In this document: piece by piece, positions 18,354 to 27,665 of the stretch
Numbering within the stretch: position 1 is the first letter of the stretch
Layout of the letters: every line of letters begins with the position of its first letter
Origin: Pseudomonadota bacterium
GTDB taxonomy: Bacteria; Bdellovibrionota_C; UBA2361; OMII01
Assembly (NCBI GenBank): GCA_038134595.1
Contig: JAYPVM010000005.1
Location: 1 to 64,000 of the forward strand
Reading direction: 5' to 3'
Length of the DNA: 64,000 nt
The notes under the pieces: model-generated
Seen by the model: only the letters and a program-made list of their open reading frames with translations
The model's database searches: none
Told to the model about the DNA's origin: nothing
Position numbers and translations under genes: made by a program

Positions 18354-20333
18354 CTACGACCTGCTCCGAAAGGATAGCCCGACCGTCCCCGCAATTGCAG
18401 CGACTGAAATTATCGATACAATCGGCCAAAACCATCCCAATAAGGCGGCAAGTACTGCCGCGAGCCCGGTGCAGCCAACTATCACGCGAAACCGCTCCAA
18501 TCCCCGAGCCTCCATTTTACAAGAATCTACAAGGGAAAGTAGAGGTTCAACTGCGCCCGTTAACGACACCAGGGTTGCAGATGGATTAATTCCGCTCTCA
18601 ACCGAAAACGGTGTCTCCTCTAAACGAGCGGTGACCGAAATAACATTGGACTCTCGGCCCCGGACGAGGAGCGTGTTTGGCGGCAACTCCCTTGAAACCC
18701 CAGGCGCCGGTGTCGTAAACACACCTTCAGGGCTATAGAAGCCCTCGCCCTTAGCAAGCAGGTATTCCTGATCTGATGAAACCACTGCGTACGCAACGAT
18801 ATCGTCGTCGATCGCAACATAAAGGAGATCGTTATTTGCTCCAACATCTTCAATATTGAGGTCTGATGGTTGTACCATGATTCCGCGCTCTATTAAGAAT
18901 CCCTCCGAGCCAACGGAGAGCTCAACACCATGTACCGTGCCGCATATTCCCTGGTCGGTGTATTCCCGAAGATCGACCACTCGTTCAGGCTGGGGATTGT
19001 CAAGTTGATGTCTTGCATAATCAGCGAGCGCTAAAAGATCCGATGATTCAGCTCTGCCAACGAGAGATAGTATGAAATTACAAAATGCGCCGGCTTCCAA
19101 CCGGTCATCGGTAATCCGAAACTCTGACACCCGCGGTAAAATCCCCTTTGAGAGTCTTGATGGATCTATCTCAATTTTGTCGACTAGCGAAAGGTTTCGA
19201 ACCGCAGAAGCTCCCCGCACAACAACACCAGAGTTGAGGGCATTAAGAATCAGCCTCCTCCTGTGAGAATAAAGATACTCTGCCATTTGAAGGGCTACCC
19301 CGTGCATCAGAACAGTACCGCACGCCAAGAGAGGCGCTAAAATCGAGTCGCTTCTCTCACTCCAGAAAACTGCCGCAGCAAGGCCAGCAAAACACAAAAG
19401 CAGCGTGGTCCAACGAGAGGTGTTATTATCCTCATCTGATAGACTGTCCATAGCTGCACGCAAATCGTCGCCGAGAGCTCGCTCGAGCTGTCCCGCTGAG
19501 GATTCATCAGGACTAGCGAGGACTAGCAAATCAGCGCTCCCCGACAATACCACCGAGCCTGCAGGAACTATGTCTTGCTCATCTTTTATTTTAAAAGATG
19601 GCACGGTAGAAAAAAGCTTCTCATCGATAGAGATAGAACCGTTCTCGATTTGAGCGTCAACCGAGATACTATCACCTCTACCAACAGAAAAACGATCGCC
19701 CTGCCCCCTGTTCGATAGCAGTTGAGGGATGAAATATGACTTTGGAGGAATAGCAACACCAGACGCACCTACGGCTGACTTCTCTATTCGGTCGGTAATC
19801 ATGTATCTACCAAACCAGAGAACACTCCCCGCCAATGCTGGCGCCGAAGCCAAAAACGCTGATACAGCACCCTCTACTTCTGTCATCAGAAACGTTGAGG
19901 CGCTCGCTACAAAGAGGCATGTTCCTAAAATCGGAAGCGCGTCGTACGCCCTGAGACCGCGAACTCCGCCACTTAATAACGATACTCCTAACCCTAAAAC
20001 AGATATGGCACCAACGGCGATTGATAAGACTGCTATTAATCTACTCGGTTGAACTGCAGTCGATCCAGCTAGCAGCAAGTAAAATACAATGCCGGTAGCG
20101 AGAGACGCTATCGCCAGAACGAGACTTGCGCGACCCTCTGAAGATTTTCGCACCGCTGTAGCGTCGGTTTTTGTGTTGCGATCCGACGAGGTTCCTACCA
20201 CATCCTCTCCCGAGCGCTCGTCGCCCAAGGACCAGTCTGCCGAATTCACCCCTTCTGAGTCGTTCGAACGCGTTAGCAGGTTCTCCGCTGTGGATTCTTC
20301 TTCAAGTGCTTTAGCCGATTCTGAAACCGCCAT
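18354..20333 (-). CDS. Degenerate P1B-type ATPase homologue (predicted catalytically inactive)
   Basis: Collinear TM, A, P and N domains are recognisable, but TGE, CPC, DKTGT, HP and GDGxND are all replaced. The ORF is intact (659 aa) with a GGAGGAGG SD. Confidence 0.8.
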   Translation of the reverse strand: MAVSESAKALEEESTAENLLTRSNDSEGVNSADWSLGDERSGEDVVGTSSDRNTKTDATAVRKSSEGRASLVLAIASLATGIVFYLLLAGSTAVQPSRLIAVLSIAVGAISVLGLGVSLLSGGVRGLRAYDALPILGTCLFVASASTFLMTEVEGAVSAFLASAPALAGSVLWFGRYMITDRIEKSAVGASGVAIPPKSYFIPQLLSNRGQGDRFSVGRGDSISVDAQIENGSISIDEKLFSTVPSFKIKDEQDIVPAGSVVLSGSADLLVLASPDESSAGQLERALGDDLRAAMDSLSDEDNNTSRWTTLLLCFAGLAAAVFWSERSDSILAPLLACGTVLMHGVALQMAEYLYSHRRRLILNALNSGVVVRGASAVRNLSLVDKIEIDPSRLSKGILPRVSEFRITDDRLEAGAFCNFILSLVGRAESSDLLALADYARHQLDNPQPERVVDLREYTDQGICGTVHGVELSVGSEGFLIERGIMVQPSDLNIEDVGANNDLLYVAIDDDIVAYAVVSSDQEYLLAKGEGFYSPEGVFTTPAPGVSRELPPNTLLVRGRESNVISVTARLEETPFSVESGINPSATLVSLTGAVEPLLSLVDSCKMEARGLERFRVIVGCTGLAAVLAALLGWFWPIVSIISVAAIAGTVGLSFRSRS

Positions 20334-20630
20334 ATATCTCCTCCTCCCAACTCTAGCTCTCGTAGCTTAAGTTCTCTTAAACGGAAAGTACAGCAGAAGC
20401 TGTACAGAAACTGGAGATTGTCAGAACATGAAGAAAGGCGCGCCCCGCTAGCAACCATCATTGAACATTGCGGACATTTAAGCCGCTGTTGCAAACACAA
20501 ATCCCCACAGAGCCAACCGACTCCCCATTTTAAGGAAAAAATCAACGGGAGGAGCGTACGGAATCCACGGTCTCAGAGACAAGCTGTGAGAACACCTGGA
20601 GAAAGCCATTAGACGGCGCGGTGGTTTATG

Positions 20631-20846
20631 CTACTCGCCCGCGGGCTCCTGGCGAACGTACTTTTTCTTTAGCTTAGAGAGCTTCTTGTCTTCGAAGAGA
20701 ACGTGTTTTCGGGCTATCGGGTCGTACTTTCGAACCTTAAGTTTGGCCTCTCCCTTACCCTTCTTTTTGTTTTTTCTATTTGTGTAGAAGAAGCCTGTAC
20801 CTTCCGACGACACGAGAAAATTGGTCTCTTTTGGAGCTTTAGCCAT
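20631..20846 (-). CDS. rpmG: 50S ribosomal protein L33 (Cys-free, extended)
   Basis: LVSSEGTGFFYT...KL-x-x-RKYDPIARKHVLFE. Confidence 0.92.
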   Translation of the reverse strand: MAKAPKETNFLVSSEGTGFFYTNRKNKKKGKGEAKLKVRKYDPIARKHVLFEDKKLSKLKKKYVRQEPAGE

Positions 20847-21058
20847 ATACTACCTTGTATTTTTAAATACGTATAAATATCCAAACCACTCAAAACGCCC
20901 ACTGACTTGGATCCTTTGTTTAGCACTCCCCGGCTGTTCTCATTCTCTGCAAACAGTATTACCTGGGAAGGCACGGCGCTCATTGCGTTTAAAGCAAGGA
21001 GGTTCTTACCCTAAAAAATCATATTTTTCAAGACATAGAGCCGTTTTGTTGCGTCGCG

Positions 21059-22273
21059 TTAGCAAGCACTTCCAATAAGGATAGATATTGCATTTCCACC
21101 AAAACCTGCTGTATTAATAAGAACTTGAGAGGGCTTGTCGGGGTTCTCAAGTAGCATTTCAGCAACCGTTGGATATTGCACCCCCGGCCAATTGCCTTTA
21201 TGTAGGAGATGCTGCGCTAATTGGAGGCTCACCATTCCCGATGCCCCATATGTATGGCCCGTAAGATGCTTGGTTGTACGTACTGCAATATCACCAAACA
21301 CCCGTCGCACCGCGGCCATTTCGGCGGTATCACCGAGAGCAGTCCCCGGCGCATGGAGAATCACAGTATCCACCTGAGCGTCCTCACCAGCCCCTTTTAA
21401 AGCGTTTCGCATGGCGGATTCAAATGCAACTCCCTCCTTCGAGATTCCCGTTGGGCTGTCGATTTTCTCCTGGCCCCATCCAACCCCCAAAATAACAAGA
21501 TCAGTTTCCCGTAGGTCCTCCCGTCCGACTCTTAGCAATACACCGGTCCCAACCGCTTCACCAAGCACTAAACCACTCGACTGCTGGGAGCCCTCTGCAC
21601 AAGGCCTACACGGCCACCGGCCTGATTCCTGGCCGGCTATTCGTAGGGCTTGAATTTGGGCAAAAGTAAATGAAGTTAGGGGGGCCTCGCTCCCTCCAAA
21701 TAGCGCGGCGTTGGCCATACCACTCTCAACAAATGCCTTTGAAATAAGAAGGCTGTGAAAAGCCGAGGTGCACGTCATCGATGTGGAAAACGTTGCAAGG
21801 TTATGACTTAGCTGCTCTGGATAAGAACGAGCAAGCAGGTCCTGACCAACCCAGCTTGATATTGAGCCAGACGTAGTAACTGGAGAGGCGAGCGGACTAA
21901 GCTTGGTCTCGGACTCCAGCATTTGGGAATAAAACCCTTCAATTGATATAGTTGGTCCCCTAGACGAACCTACAGAAATTACGCCAATATCCGAAACATC
22001 CTCTATCGATCTTATCGACTGTCTACTAGAAGCGAGGGCCATCTGCGCTGTCCGATCAAGGCACCTGTATCGCGGAGTCATGCAAACTTCTCTGAGTATT
22101 TCTTGAGCACGCGAATGGAGCGGAAAAACCGGAACACCAATTTGCTGCAGCTCCCTGGTAGGCGCCTGAGACCATAAAAGGGCATCGTTCCAACAGTCTA
22201 CACTCGTGCCAACCGACGAAAATACGGTCAAACCACGAATCACCAGCTGTGTTTTATCCTTCGCACTAGTCAT
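21059..22273 (-). CDS. Atypical beta-ketoacyl synthase (FabF/KASII fold)
   Basis: Cys in SMTCTS, His in LHAPGT, K/H in TKHLTGHTYGASG, NTAGFGGN; 4 nt downstream of bioF. Confidence 0.85.
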   Translation of the reverse strand: MTSAKDKTQLVIRGLTVFSSVGTSVDCWNDALLWSQAPTRELQQIGVPVFPLHSRAQEILREVCMTPRYRCLDRTAQMALASSRQSIRSIEDVSDIGVISVGSSRGPTISIEGFYSQMLESETKLSPLASPVTTSGSISSWVGQDLLARSYPEQLSHNLATFSTSMTCTSAFHSLLISKAFVESGMANAALFGGSEAPLTSFTFAQIQALRIAGQESGRWPCRPCAEGSQQSSGLVLGEAVGTGVLLRVGREDLRETDLVILGVGWGQEKIDSPTGISKEGVAFESAMRNALKGAGEDAQVDTVILHAPGTALGDTAEMAAVRRVFGDIAVRTTKHLTGHTYGASGMVSLQLAQHLLHKGNWPGVQYPTVAEMLLENPDKPSQVLINTAGFGGNAISILIGSAC

Positions 22274-22277
22274 GAGA

Positions 22278-23411
22278 TTAGAAATTTCTTTTGAGTAGCT
22301 GCCAGAGCTGTTTTATCTCGCTTGGTGAATTGAAACTGTGAATACAGACTCTGATACGCTCCTCTCCCTCCGGCACGGTCGGACTCCGGATTCCTTTCGC
22401 CAATAGCCCTGACTCCGCAAGAAGATTTTGCGCGGCCATTACCGGCTCATTGCCCGATATCTTGCATACCTGTATCGGAGAGTTTGGCCTAAAATCAACA
22501 TTCTTACTATCAGCGTGAACTAGTTTACCCCACAGTGCAATATTTGACATAAGTTGACAGCGCCGTTTGGTCGCCGTTCTCAACAAACCTAACGACTCCT
22601 GAACCAGCGCAATCGTAATTAAATCAGGGGCAGTTGAGTATATAAAGGGGCGAGAGAAGTTTACCAAATACTCCTTAAGGGTGGCGCTCCCAACCACACA
22701 GGCCCCTTTGTAGCCTGCAGCCTTACCGAAGGTGTGTACCCGCGCGAAACAAACCTGGTCGATGCCATACTGGCAAACAAGCCCCTCTCCATAACTACCA
22801 AACACTCCCGTGGAATGCGCCTCGTCGACAATTAGCTTAAAATCCAACTCTAGGGAGAGTTCGCACAAATCCTCGAGCGGCGCCGTATCACCATCCATAG
22901 AGTACAGGGACTCCACTGCAACAAACACCTCACCGGATGCGTTTAGAACCTTGCTTCGTAAATCGTCAAGATCGTTATGCCGGAAGGAAAACGAGCGAGC
23001 TTGACTGAGCCGGATTCCATCTCGCATCGACGCATGAATGTTTTTGTCATAGATAATCGTGTCTCCGCGAGTACCGATGCAAGACATGAGGCCGAGATTA
23101 GCCTCGTATCCCGAACCAAAAAAAAGAGCTGACTCGGATCTAAAAAATTGAGCCAGAGATTCTTCGAGTACAACGTGACTATCGGTGGTTCCGCTCACAA
23201 GTCGCGATCCAGTTGCTCCGATTTGCCAGCTCACTTGAGCGAATAATTCGGCAAAGTCAATCGAACGAGCAATCTCCCGTGACAAGCCAAGATAATCATT
23301 GGAGCAGAAATCAACACCTACCCCGCTCGTTTTGCTGAGGAAGCGATATCGGCCGTCAGATTGCGCTTTGGATAAAGCCTTAACCAAATGTGAGGGAGGT
23401 CTGATTTCCAT
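22278..23411 (-). CDS. bioF: 8-amino-7-oxononanoate synthase
   Basis: FCSNDYLGL, GSRL, HAS, ESLYSMDGD, DEAH, TFGKA, IRSPTVP. Confidence 0.93.
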   Translation of the reverse strand: MEIRPPSHLVKALSKAQSDGRYRFLSKTSGVGVDFCSNDYLGLSREIARSIDFAELFAQVSWQIGATGSRLVSGTTDSHVVLEESLAQFFRSESALFFGSGYEANLGLMSCIGTRGDTIIYDKNIHASMRDGIRLSQARSFSFRHNDLDDLRSKVLNASGEVFVAVESLYSMDGDTAPLEDLCELSLELDFKLIVDEAHSTGVFGSYGEGLVCQYGIDQVCFARVHTFGKAAGYKGACVVGSATLKEYLVNFSRPFIYSTAPDLITIALVQESLGLLRTATKRRCQLMSNIALWGKLVHADSKNVDFRPNSPIQVCKISGNEPVMAAQNLLAESGLLAKGIRSPTVPEGEERIRVCIHSFNSPSEIKQLWQLLKRNF

Positions 23412-23551
23412 TTCTATCTATCACTACAACATAAACAGCACGCGATATCTCTTATTTTTTGGCTCCCTAGTTGGACATTGAGAGGGTTCCTGACGATGGC
23501 AAAGTATGGTATCAAACCGGTACTGAAATTACCAAGCACGTAGGAACTTAA

Positions 23552-24814
23552 ATGGACTTTCTCGAAGAATTAACCTGGCGGGGCTTATTGCAAGATACCT
23601 CAGATCCCCAATTATTTTCAAAGCTTAGGCCTGGCGATAGTTTTTATATCGGATTTGATCCAACAGCCCCATCCCTTCAAGTTGGAAACCTTGTTCAGCT
23701 ACTAGTGGCAATCCATCTCACAAAAAAACTTAAATTAAAACCTATACTGCTTTTTGGTGGTGCAACTGGCATGATTGGAGACCCCGGTGGTCGGAGTGCC
23801 GAGCGAAACCTACTACCATTAGAGCAGGTAGCAAGAAACGTAGAGCTTCAGACCGCTCAGGCTAAGCGGTTGTGGCAACACGCCGGTTGCGACGTTTCGC
23901 CACAATTTGTCAATAATCTCGACTGGGCCGAGGGGTTATCAATGCTTTCGTTCCTTCGCGACGTAGGCAAACATTTCACCGTAAACTATATGCTCCAAAA
24001 AGAGTCCGTAAAGGCAAGACTTTCTGGAGATGGCATATCGTATACCGAATTTAGCTACATGCTCCTACAGGCCAACGACTTTGACCATCTATACAACACC
24101 AAAAACTGCAAGCTTCAATTTGGCGGCTCCGATCAATGGGGTAACATAACAGCAGGGCTTGAGCTTATCAGGCGACGGTCCCAAGGGGAGGCGTTCGGCT
24201 TCTCGGTACCATTGATAACCAACGCAGACGGAAAGAAGTTCGGAAAAAGCGCTGGTAATGCCATATGGCTTGATTCAGGCCTTACCTCACCGTATACCTT
24301 TCATCAGTTTTGGTTAAACACACCGGACACAGAGGTCGTAAAACTTCTCAAAGTTTTTACCTCCAGCTCCCCCGAAGAGGTTAGTCGCTTTGAGGGATTA
24401 GTCAAAACTGCCCCGCAGAAGCGCGAAGCACAACGGTATTTAGCCGATGTGCTATGCACCATGATTCACGGAGAGAGAGCAACTCTCGATGCAACTCTGG
24501 CGGCTAATGTGCTTTTTGGTGGAACAATCGAGGGGCTAACTCTCGATCAAATTGAGGAGATATTTGCAGAAGCTCCCAATACGGTCATAGCTACATCCGA
24601 GGTGCAGACCTTAACCATATTAGACCTTCTTGCAAAAACCGTGGCAAGCTCCAAGGGTGAGGCGCGTCGCCTCGTCCAAGCCGGTGGCATCTACTTGGAC
24701 AATCTCCGCTGTGAAGACGCCTCCATGGGAGTCGCGAGCACGAATTTAATCCAGAAGGGGTTTCTCGTGCTCCGAAGTGGCAAGAAAAACTACCACCTCG
24801 TCAAAGTGGCGTAG
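23552..24814 (+). CDS. tyrS: Tyrosine--tRNA ligase
   Basis: YIGFDPTA, EFSYMLLQ, GGSDQWGNI, KFGKS, C-terminal S4-like domain. Confidence 0.97.
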   Translation: MDFLEELTWRGLLQDTSDPQLFSKLRPGDSFYIGFDPTAPSLQVGNLVQLLVAIHLTKKLKLKPILLFGGATGMIGDPGGRSAERNLLPLEQVARNVELQTAQAKRLWQHAGCDVSPQFVNNLDWAEGLSMLSFLRDVGKHFTVNYMLQKESVKARLSGDGISYTEFSYMLLQANDFDHLYNTKNCKLQFGGSDQWGNITAGLELIRRRSQGEAFGFSVPLITNADGKKFGKSAGNAIWLDSGLTSPYTFHQFWLNTPDTEVVKLLKVFTSSSPEEVSRFEGLVKTAPQKREAQRYLADVLCTMIHGERATLDATLAANVLFGGTIEGLTLDQIEEIFAEAPNTVIATSEVQTLTILDLLAKTVASSKGEARRLVQAGGIYLDNLRCEDASMGVASTNLIQKGFLVLRSGKKNYHLVKVA

Positions 24815-24816
24815 AG

Positions 24817-25275
24817 GTGTCTCAAGCCATGAAATCGGGCCGATACTCTCTTGGTGATACAGTGCGCGTAACTACCCTCGAGCAAAACGGAACCATTAAG
24901 CGGGTCTTAAATAATGGGAGATACGAAATTGCCATCGGCTCATTTACGACAATATGCTCTGATCACGATCTTACCGGTGCAGTTAAAGAGGCATCTACCC
25001 CAACAGCTTCGCTCAATCTACACGCCCACCAAAAAAAACCGCAGGTTAATCGCACGATCGATCTGCATGGACTCACCGCACTTGACGCAGAGAGCGCGCT
25101 AGAAACGTGGCTCAATACTCTAATCCTTCAGAATGGCAAGCAGGGTCGGATAATTCACGGCCTAGGAACCGGAGTGGTACAGAGAGTGACCCACGCGGTT
25201 CTCTCAAGGTATGGGTCTGTGCGATCCTATAAAATAAACCCGTCCAATCCCGGCGAAACTCTGGTTTATCTGTAA
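24817..25275 (+). CDS. Stand-alone Smr-domain protein with a KOW-like N-terminus (MutS2 C-terminal-like)
   Basis: GDTVRV...GTI, IDLHGL, IIHGLGTG, NPGET. Confidence 0.85.
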   Translation: MSQAMKSGRYSLGDTVRVTTLEQNGTIKRVLNNGRYEIAIGSFTTICSDHDLTGAVKEASTPTASLNLHAHQKKPQVNRTIDLHGLTALDAESALETWLNTLILQNGKQGRIIHGLGTGVVQRVTHAVLSRYGSVRSYKINPSNPGETLVYL

Positions 25276-25285
25276 TAAAAGCGCA

Positions 25286-26095
25286 CTATGATTCGGTAAT
25301 GATACTTAGCGCTTCACTGGCTGCTACAAAACCCATTGTTCCCGTCATAAATACAGCACTACCGAGACCATCGTTGCAGGTCTTTCTTGGAGAGGAAGCT
25401 TGGTTATGACATTCAATGGTTATGGGCTTTCGCGGGCCCCTTTGTAGCGGCACGTACACTGCAGAAACACCAAACACGCTTCGATCTCCTCTTGGAAACT
25501 CATGCTTCTGCCGAAGCCGTTTGCGAACAATCTGCAGCAAAGCGTCGTATTCCGTTTTTGCTAAATCCGTCACTACTATTCGACTAGGGTCTATCCGGTC
25601 GCCTCCTGAGCCGACTGTCACAATTCTAACGCTTCTTTTTACACACTCTGCAATGAGGGAGGCTTTAACCTTTGCACTATCGATCGCATCTATGACGACA
25701 TCATAACGATGGGACAGAACCTCTGAGAGCGAGTTATCCGTGACAAACTTCTCCATCAAGCGCAGGTTACATGTGGGGTTAATATCTCGGATACGTTCCC
25801 CGAGGGCTCGACATTTTGATGCACCGACAGTCGAGCTAAGCGCCTGCACCTGTCGATTAATATTAGTGACACAGACGTCATCAAGGTCGACAAGTGTAAT
25901 GTTTCCGATTCCAGACCGAGCGCAGGCCTCAGCACACCAGGATCCAACACCACCAAGACCTATGATACAAACGGAAGATGATGCGATTTTACCAAATTTT
26001 TCGGGGCCATAGAGGGCTTCGACGCCGGCGAAGCGGAAGTCGTTAGTTACCGTCGCATCGATAGATGCGGTATGACCGAATACAGGTTTTGACAT
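25286..26095 (-). CDS. tcdA: tRNA threonylcarbamoyladenosine dehydratase (ThiF family)
   Basis: GLGGVGSW, RSGIG, D-x-DDVCVTNINRQ, IDAID, VRKRLR. Confidence 0.9.
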   Translation of the reverse strand: MSKPVFGHTASIDATVTNDFRFAGVEALYGPEKFGKIASSSVCIIGLGGVGSWCAEACARSGIGNITLVDLDDVCVTNINRQVQALSSTVGASKCRALGERIRDINPTCNLRLMEKFVTDNSLSEVLSHRYDVVIDAIDSAKVKASLIAECVKRSVRIVTVGSGGDRIDPSRIVVTDLAKTEYDALLQIVRKRLRQKHEFPRGDRSVFGVSAVYVPLQRGPRKPITIECHNQASSPRKTCNDGLGSAVFMTGTMGFVAASEALSIITES

Positions 26096-26435
26096 TGGTT
26101 GGTATGGTACCTAGAATTTTTGTATATATCTACTCTCGCTAGATCCTCCAAAGCTTAGCCGGATTTTCCCAATATCTTCAATAATTCCTATAGATACAAC
26201 AATCGCATCTAAAACTCGGATTACATCGGGCAGTACGGCAGTTGAATAACGATTAACTCGACCCTGCTTGACCGTCATTAATAACAAGCATCAATGACGG
26301 GGAATCTCGAATAGGCTAAGATAAGTTTTGGGTGGACGGCTAGGGCTCAGTGCGAGTAAATCTGAGCACTTGTTGGGCCAACTAAACGGCTCGTTTAGCT
26401 TAGAGTTGGCGGTCCTTCGTAAGTGGAGATTCCTT

Positions 26436-27665
26436 ATGTACGATGCGGACGTCATTGTAATTGGCGCTGGCTTAACCGGACTTCGGGCGGCTGTTGAACT
26501 ATCTACCGTTGGAGCATCGGTTATTGTAATTGAACGCGGCTCCTCGGTCGGCGGCAGAGTGAGGACGACATGTCACGATGGGTGCCTGCTAGATTATGGA
26601 TTTCAGGTTATTCATACCGGATATCCCGAACTATCACGCCTTAATCTTTTATCTGAGTTAGATCTTAAACCTTTTACTGCCGGGGCCCGAATATATTTTA
26701 CCGACGGGAGTCGGTCTTCTGACATCCTAAGCCCTATCCATCATCCGATTGCTAGCCTTCGAGCAATCGGAACAAAAGACTGCTCGATTAGCGACCTCCT
26801 CAAATGTGCTCCTATAATGCTTCCCAGGTTTCGCAGACAACCGAAACCAATGGGGATGCCGTTTTACGAACTATTACAAAGCAAACGCTTCACCGAGCGT
26901 TTCCATTCTGGCTTTCTAAAGCCGATGTTGCGGGGTGTTCTACTTGACGAGCTTTTAAAGATGGATGCCGGGATAGCTCTGTTTTTCGCGAATATCATAT
27001 GCTCCGGTAGGGCTTCACTGCCACGTTACGGAATTCAGGCCCTTCCCGATCTATTAGCAAGTAAGCTAGGGACAAACCACATCACGCTTAATACGTCAGT
27101 TCGTTGGGTGTCTCAACATGAGGTGGAGCTTGAAAGCGGAGCCAGTCTCACCGCAAAACACATCATATGTGCGACCGATAGCCTCACTGCTTCAACATTC
27201 GGAGGTGGCGAGCAAACGATTCCCTACAATGGAACCACCACTCTGTATTTTAGGGCTACAGAACCACCTTTTGCAGAGCCGCTACTCGTTCTCTCGGGTG
27301 ATAGCGGTGGTCCGATAAACAACATTGCAATTCCGACCAATATACAACCAAGCTACACAAACGATTCGTCGGCATTAATAGCTGCGTCCGTCGTCGGACG
27401 ACCGGCAAAACTATCTCTCGATACTTTATTGCCCCAAGTACGACACCAAATGTCAGCGTGGTTTGGTCGATGTTGTCATGGCTGGGATTTTGTCAAGGAG
27501 TTTCGTATCCCGATAGCCGTTCCAGCGCGCCCCCGGTGTGGGCCGGGATGGGAGCAACGAAACGGCATCTACTACGCCGGAGACTATTTGTCATATGGCT
27601 CTCACAACGGAGCTCTTCAGGCTGGGCGCTTGGTAGCCAAACATGTCCTTGCTAATTTCTTTTGA
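26436..27665 (+). CDS. FAD-dependent oxidoreductase (amine oxidase/protoporphyrinogen oxidase-like)
   Basis: GAGLTGL, VGGRVRT, DYGFQV, YAGD...GALQAG; GGAG SD before MYDAD. Confidence 0.88.
   Translation: MYDADVIVIGAGLTGLRAAVELSTVGASVIVIERGSSVGGRVRTTCHDGCLLDYGFQVIHTGYPELSRLNLLSELDLKPFTAGARIYFTDGSRSSDILSPIHHPIASLRAIGTKDCSISDLLKCAPIMLPRFRRQPKPMGMPFYELLQSKRFTERFHSGFLKPMLRGVLLDELLKMDAGIALFFANIICSGRASLPRYGIQALPDLLASKLGTNHITLNTSVRWVSQHEVELESGASLTAKHIICATDSLTASTFGGGEQTIPYNGTTTLYFRATEPPFAEPLLVLSGDSGGPINNIAIPTNIQPSYTNDSSALIAASVVGRPAKLSLDTLLPQVRHQMSAWFGRCCHGWDFVKEFRIPIAVPARPRCGPGWEQRNGIYYAGDYLSYGSHNGALQAGRLVAKHVLANFF

Noticed and set aside
20273..20612. Cys-rich ORFs between rpmG and the dead ATPase (a detached metal-binding domain?)
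   Set aside because: No SD, no HMA-type GMxCxxC motif, and implausible composition.
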